In this document: positions 60,429 through 64,000 of the stretch, piece after piece
Layout of the letters: every line of letters starts with the position of its first letter
Numbering within the stretch: the stretch's first letter is position 1
Assembly (NCBI GenBank): GCA_023261645.1
Contig: JAHFOO010000003.1
Location: forward strand, 31,951-95,950
Reading direction: 5' to 3'
DNA length: 64,000 bases
From: Candidatus Moraniibacteriota bacterium
Lineage (GTDB): Bacteria; Patescibacteriota; Minisyncoccia; Moranbacterales; UBA1568
Program-made: the position numbers and the translations under genes
Notes under the pieces: generated by a model
What the model saw: the letters and a program-made list of their open reading frames with translations, nothing else
Told to the model about the DNA's origin: nothing
Databases searched by the model: none

Positions 60429-61067
60429 CTATTTTCCGAGAACAATCGTGACTTGAGAAACGGAGGTTTCTTTATTTTTCGTATCGGCCGGTGATGTCTT
60501 CGCTTGTGGATATTTCTTGACGAAAGTAGATTTGATCATTTCTGCTTCCTTGTCGAGACCGGAAGCGAAATAAATGACGACTCCAGCGTAATCTTTCAAG
60601 GTATTCCCGGCTGTAACACTGGTATATCCTTCTCCCTTCAAGAAAGTAACGGCTACTCCGGCACTGCCTTTGGTTCCTCCGCCATTCAGGACGCTGATCG
60701 CTATTTTCTTGACGGTTGCGCTATCGATCGTATTCATTTTCTCATCAGGTTGTTTCGTCTGTTCTCCATCCGATGTCTTCGTTTCGTCGGCAGTACCGAC
60801 ATTTTGCTGTTCGTCCGCTTGCTGTGACAAGACGGATATGGATGGTTCGGCTTTCACCAAACGATTATTCCTCCATCCTACATAGACGCCCCATCCTATG
60901 GAAGCGATGCTCACTATCACGAAAAGTAGCATACAAGCAAACAAAATCCCTCCCCACAATGACTCGTATGAACGTTGAGAGGTTCTCTTCTCAGGTTGGG
61001 AATTGACTTCATTTTCTTCTGATTTTGTACTTGATATTTCCTCCGCCTCTGTTGGTATTTCTGACAT
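60429..61067 (-). CDS. Membrane protein with LytR C-terminal domain
   Basis: TM; ISVLNGGG..GSAG, L...GY, GN, VTIVLGK. Confidence 0.85.
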   Translation of the reverse strand: MSEIPTEAEEISSTKSEENEVNSQPEKRTSQRSYESLWGGILFACMLLFVIVSIASIGWGVYVGWRNNRLVKAEPSISVLSQQADEQQNVGTADETKTSDGEQTKQPDEKMNTIDSATVKKIAISVLNGGGTKGSAGVAVTFLKGEGYTSVTAGNTLKDYAGVVIYFASGLDKEAEMIKSTFVKKYPQAKTSPADTKNKETSVSQVTIVLGK

Positions 61068-61138
61068 AGATATTTTTCTTTTAAGTACTCTCATTATACC
61101 ACAGGAAACAAAGAACAAAATTCAACAATGTCCTATTG

Positions 61139-61169
61139 AAAAAGATTCCAAAAGTTTTGGAATCTTTTT
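61139..61169 (-). terminator. Intrinsic terminator
   Basis: AAAAAGATTCCAAAA-G-TTTTGGAATCTTTTT inverted repeat downstream of the malic enzyme gene. Confidence 0.7.
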
Positions 61170-61194
61170 ATGAGGAACATTGACATCTCAATCT

Positions 61195-62337
61195 TTACCG
61201 GATAGCTTTGGCGACAGCTTGTACCACTCGTTTATCGAAGGCTGTCGGCAGAATCGATTCCGCTGTCGGCTTCTTCATCAGTCCGGCCAAATTCTTTGCT
61301 CCTTCCATAAGCATCGCATCCGTAATCCTGCGTACCCGATGATCAAGTGCTCCACGGAAAATACCGGGAAAACCGAGCGAATTGTTGACCTGATTGGCGA
61401 AATCTGATCGTCCAGTGGCGACGACGAGAGCACCGGCATTCTTGGCCACATCGGGCATAATTTCCGGAACAGGATTGGCCAGAGCAAACACGATGGCTCC
61501 CGGCGCCATACTTTTGATATGGAGAGTGGTGACAGTACCTCCTTTTGATACACCGATAAATGCATCCGCACCGGAAAGGGCGGCACTCAAATCTCCATGA
61601 ATATTCCGTTTATTCGTTCGCTTCAAAAGCTTCTTCTTGTATGCATCCAAATCGGTACGTTTGCTACTGATGATGCCTTTGCTATCCACCAAAATGATAT
61701 TCCCTGCTCCGAAAAGAATGAGGAGATCCGCGATGGCCTGTCCTGCCGCACCCACGCCGGAGATGACGATGTTGGCCGTCTTCATATTTTTCTTCACTAC
61801 TCTGAAAGCATTGATCATTCCTGCGAGAACGACCATCGCCGTGCCGTGTTGGTCATCGTGCATCACAGGAATATCAAGCTCCTCTTGCAATCTTCTCTCG
61901 ATTTCGAAACAACGCGGAGCCGAGATGTCTTCCAGATTGATACCTCCGAATACTGGTGCGATATTTTTCACGGTCGCTATGATTTGTTCTGTATCCTGCG
62001 TAGCAAGCACGATCGGAAAGGCATCCACTCCAGCGAGTGCTTTGAAAAGCATCGCCTTACCCTCCATCACAGGAAGCGCTCCTTCTGCTCCGATATTCCC
62101 GAGACCCAGCACTGCTGAACCATCCGATACGATAGCTACCGTATTGCCTTTCATCGTATAGTCACGTACTTTGTCTTTGTGTTCTGCCAAATAGGTCGAG
62201 ACAGCACCCACGCCAGGCGTGTAATAAATACTCAGATCATCCTTGTTCTTCACGTTTGTTTTCGGTTTTATTTCGACTTTCCCTCGTAACTTTTTATGTA
62301 CTGCGAGTGCTCTTTTCCCGAAAACATTGGATGTCAT
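61195..62337 (-). CDS. NAD(P)-dependent malic enzyme
   Basis: YTPGV, SDGSAVLGLGNIG, PVMEGKA, INLEDISAPRCF, HDDQHGTA, ANPVPEI. Confidence 0.96.
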   Translation of the reverse strand: MTSNVFGKRALAVHKKLRGKVEIKPKTNVKNKDDLSIYYTPGVGAVSTYLAEHKDKVRDYTMKGNTVAIVSDGSAVLGLGNIGAEGALPVMEGKAMLFKALAGVDAFPIVLATQDTEQIIATVKNIAPVFGGINLEDISAPRCFEIERRLQEELDIPVMHDDQHGTAMVVLAGMINAFRVVKKNMKTANIVISGVGAAGQAIADLLILFGAGNIILVDSKGIISSKRTDLDAYKKKLLKRTNKRNIHGDLSAALSGADAFIGVSKGGTVTTLHIKSMAPGAIVFALANPVPEIMPDVAKNAGALVVATGRSDFANQVNNSLGFPGIFRGALDHRVRRITDAMLMEGAKNLAGLMKKPTAESILPTAFDKRVVQAVAKAIR

Positions 62338-62357
62338 AAAATTTCAATATGAAAAAA

Positions 62358-62672
62358 TTACTTCTTTTTTGTCGTGTCAATTCCCAGTAGCTTGATAGTG
62401 AAATAAACAACCAGGGCAATGATAAAGAAGTCGATGGTCGTACTAATAAAATCCCCCCACAGAATCTCCACGTTCCGAATCATAAATTTTGCGTTCTTCA
62501 GATTTTCCGCATTCACCAATACCAACCCGATGAGCGGATTGATGATATCGGTCACGAGTGCCGTCACCATCTTGGCTACCGCACCGGCCAAGACGAACCC
62601 AACCGCCACCCCCACTACTCCTTGATTACGGATAAAATCCATAAACCCAGATACGTGTTCTTTGATATGCAT
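62358..62672 (-). CDS. mscL: Large-conductance mechanosensitive channel
   Basis: F.DFI....VVGVAVGFVLAGA..K.V..LV.DIINPLIG; WGDFI...IDF.IIA..VYF. Confidence 0.9.
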   Translation of the reverse strand: MHIKEHVSGFMDFIRNQGVVGVAVGFVLAGAVAKMVTALVTDIINPLIGLVLVNAENLKNAKFMIRNVEILWGDFISTTIDFFIIALVVYFTIKLLGIDTTKKK

Positions 62673-62742
62673 ACGAAAATATATTAACCGTTCCTTCCTT
62701 TTACAGTATAACATGAGGCGAAAGAACCCGTTCAAAGATCAT

Positions 62743-63468
62743 TTATTCTGAAGCCTTCATCGGTACATCAAGAGCCAAGATAAAGGCACCTTTCTTCGCT
62801 TGTACGTTGATTTTTTCCGTATCCCATATGCCGATGGCATCTCTTTTTTCCAGTTGCTTGCCCTCTGCAATCATCCCTCCTTCAATCACAAAAAAGTAGA
62901 CGCCATTCCCTCTTTTTTGCAGATCATACTCGATGCTCATATCGGTATCGAATCGCCCCAAAGAAAGAAATGCATCTTGATAGATGGGGAGATTTCCATT
63001 TTTCTCGCTTCCTTCCGGACCGACTATTTGATGAAAAGTATTTCTGAAAAGATGTGGGTTGAAAAGTTTCTGTGCATATCGCGGAGTAACACCCTTCACG
63101 CGTGTCAGTATCCAGATCTGAAGCAAAGAGATGCTCTCTGTTTCACTGGCATTGAATTCCGAATGCTCTACTCCCGTACCGGCACTCATCACCTGCACTT
63201 CGCCCGTCTCGATCGTTTCGACATTGCCCATACTGTCTTCGTGAGCGAGCGTACCCGAGAGAGGAATGGTGATAATTTCCATATCATTATGCGGATGTTT
63301 GCCAAAGCCTTCTCCCGAGGCGATTACATCATCATTGATCACACGAAGCACACCAAACCCCATTTTTTCAGGATTGTAATACGAAGCAAAACTAAAAGAA
63401 TGATGGGTTTCTAACCATCCCTGTTTCGCATATCCCCGTTCACTCGCTTTGTGTAAAACAGTCTGCAT
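62743..63468 (-). CDS. Pirin family protein (YhhW-like)
   Basis: HSFSFA.YY.P, LRVINDD, GFGKHPHNDMEI, H.DSMG, MSAGTGV.HSE.N, LQIWI. Confidence 0.95.
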   Translation of the reverse strand: MQTVLHKASERGYAKQGWLETHHSFSFASYYNPEKMGFGVLRVINDDVIASGEGFGKHPHNDMEIITIPLSGTLAHEDSMGNVETIETGEVQVMSAGTGVEHSEFNASETESISLLQIWILTRVKGVTPRYAQKLFNPHLFRNTFHQIVGPEGSEKNGNLPIYQDAFLSLGRFDTDMSIEYDLQKRGNGVYFFVIEGGMIAEGKQLEKRDAIGIWDTEKINVQAKKGAFILALDVPMKASE

Positions 63469-63469
63469 A

Positions 63470-64000
63470 TTACTTATTGCGCGCGACTTTCAGAGCCTCG
63501 CCCCACCAGTGGAGCTGAGTAAACAGAGCTTCAGCCTTACTCTCCGACTGTTCGTCTACAGGCTTTCCATTTTCATCAAAGGCCTGCCACACTGAAGGAA
63601 TATAGAGCGCCTCGCGAATCGGTGCCATTTGCAGTTCTATTACCACCTGACGCAACTGTTCCACTGCTCGGCCACCGCCCAATCCTCCGCCATAACCGAC
63701 AAAAGCTACCGGCTTATTCACCCACTCGTTGTAGAGAAAATCCATGGCATTCTTCAAAACAGCCGAGTAACCATGATTATATTCAGGTGCCACTATGATA
63801 TAAGCATCTGCTTCTCCGATGGTAGCCGCCCATTTTTTGACCAAATCACCTTCGTATTCTCCAATCTTGGGGGCTTTGGCACTTGTAAAAAATGGTAGAT
63901 TCCATTCTTTAAGATCCAGGAGTTCTACTTCCCAATCCTGGCGCTTCCTGGCAAGCTCATAGATAAAATGAGCCGGCTTGTCACCGAACCTCCCATCACG
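63470..64000 (-). CDS. NADPH-dependent FMN reductase (5' end beyond window)
   Basis: Frame open to the window edge (RDGRFGDK...); APEYNHGYSAVLKNAMD, W.NKP, GG.RAVEQLR. Confidence 0.92.
   Translation of the reverse strand, partial: RDGRFGDKPAHFIYELARKRQDWEVELLDLKEWNLPFFTSAKAPKIGEYEGDLVKKWAATIGEADAYIIVAPEYNHGYSAVLKNAMDFLYNEWVNKPVAFVGYGGGLGGGRAVEQLRQVVIELQMAPIREALYIPSVWQAFDENGKPVDEQSESKAEALFTQLHWWGEALKVARNK

Noticed and set aside
1-64000. CRISPR array, diversity-generating retroelement, prophage, rRNA genes or stop-codon reassignment
   Set aside because: No regularly spaced repeats, reverse transcriptase, TR/VR pair, phage structural genes or rRNA seen by eye. Conserved genes end at TGA, TAA and TAG as in code 11.

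Overview
Chromosomal window from a small-genome bacterium using genetic code 11. Gene content and style (dnaG-rpoD, eno, malic enzyme, mscL, giant Kelch/FnIII surface proteins, WxL/DUF916-like surface cluster, efflux pumps without TolC) suggest Patescibacteria/CPR, probably Parcubacteria; this is inference. Main observations: (1) a ~10 kb lipid-handling cluster (3000-13362) encoding a ThiF adenylyltransferase, a nitroreductase and a FeeM-type N-acyl amino acid synthase (the OxzA/OxzB oxazolone-synthetase enzyme set, with OxzB split into two genes), plus ACP, PPTase, a PlsC-type acyltransferase, two SGNH hydrolases, a DedA-like protein and a MacAB-like exporter, but no fatty-acid synthesis genes; (2) a tRNA-Asn(GTT) gene, absent from the ORF track, split inside its anticodon (35/36) by a 548-nt group I intron that carries an HNH endonuclease ORF in loop L1; (3) a 2.1-kb integrase-less island at the 3' end of that tRNA, bounded by a 22-bp direct repeat and encoding a GNAT-GNAT-ASCH fusion plus a second ASCH protein; (4) three MarR-regulated efflux cassettes; (5) a 2565-aa duplicated Kelch-propeller protein and a pilin/chaperone-like surface cluster with a structured leader. 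All product calls come from visual motif recognition; no searches were run.
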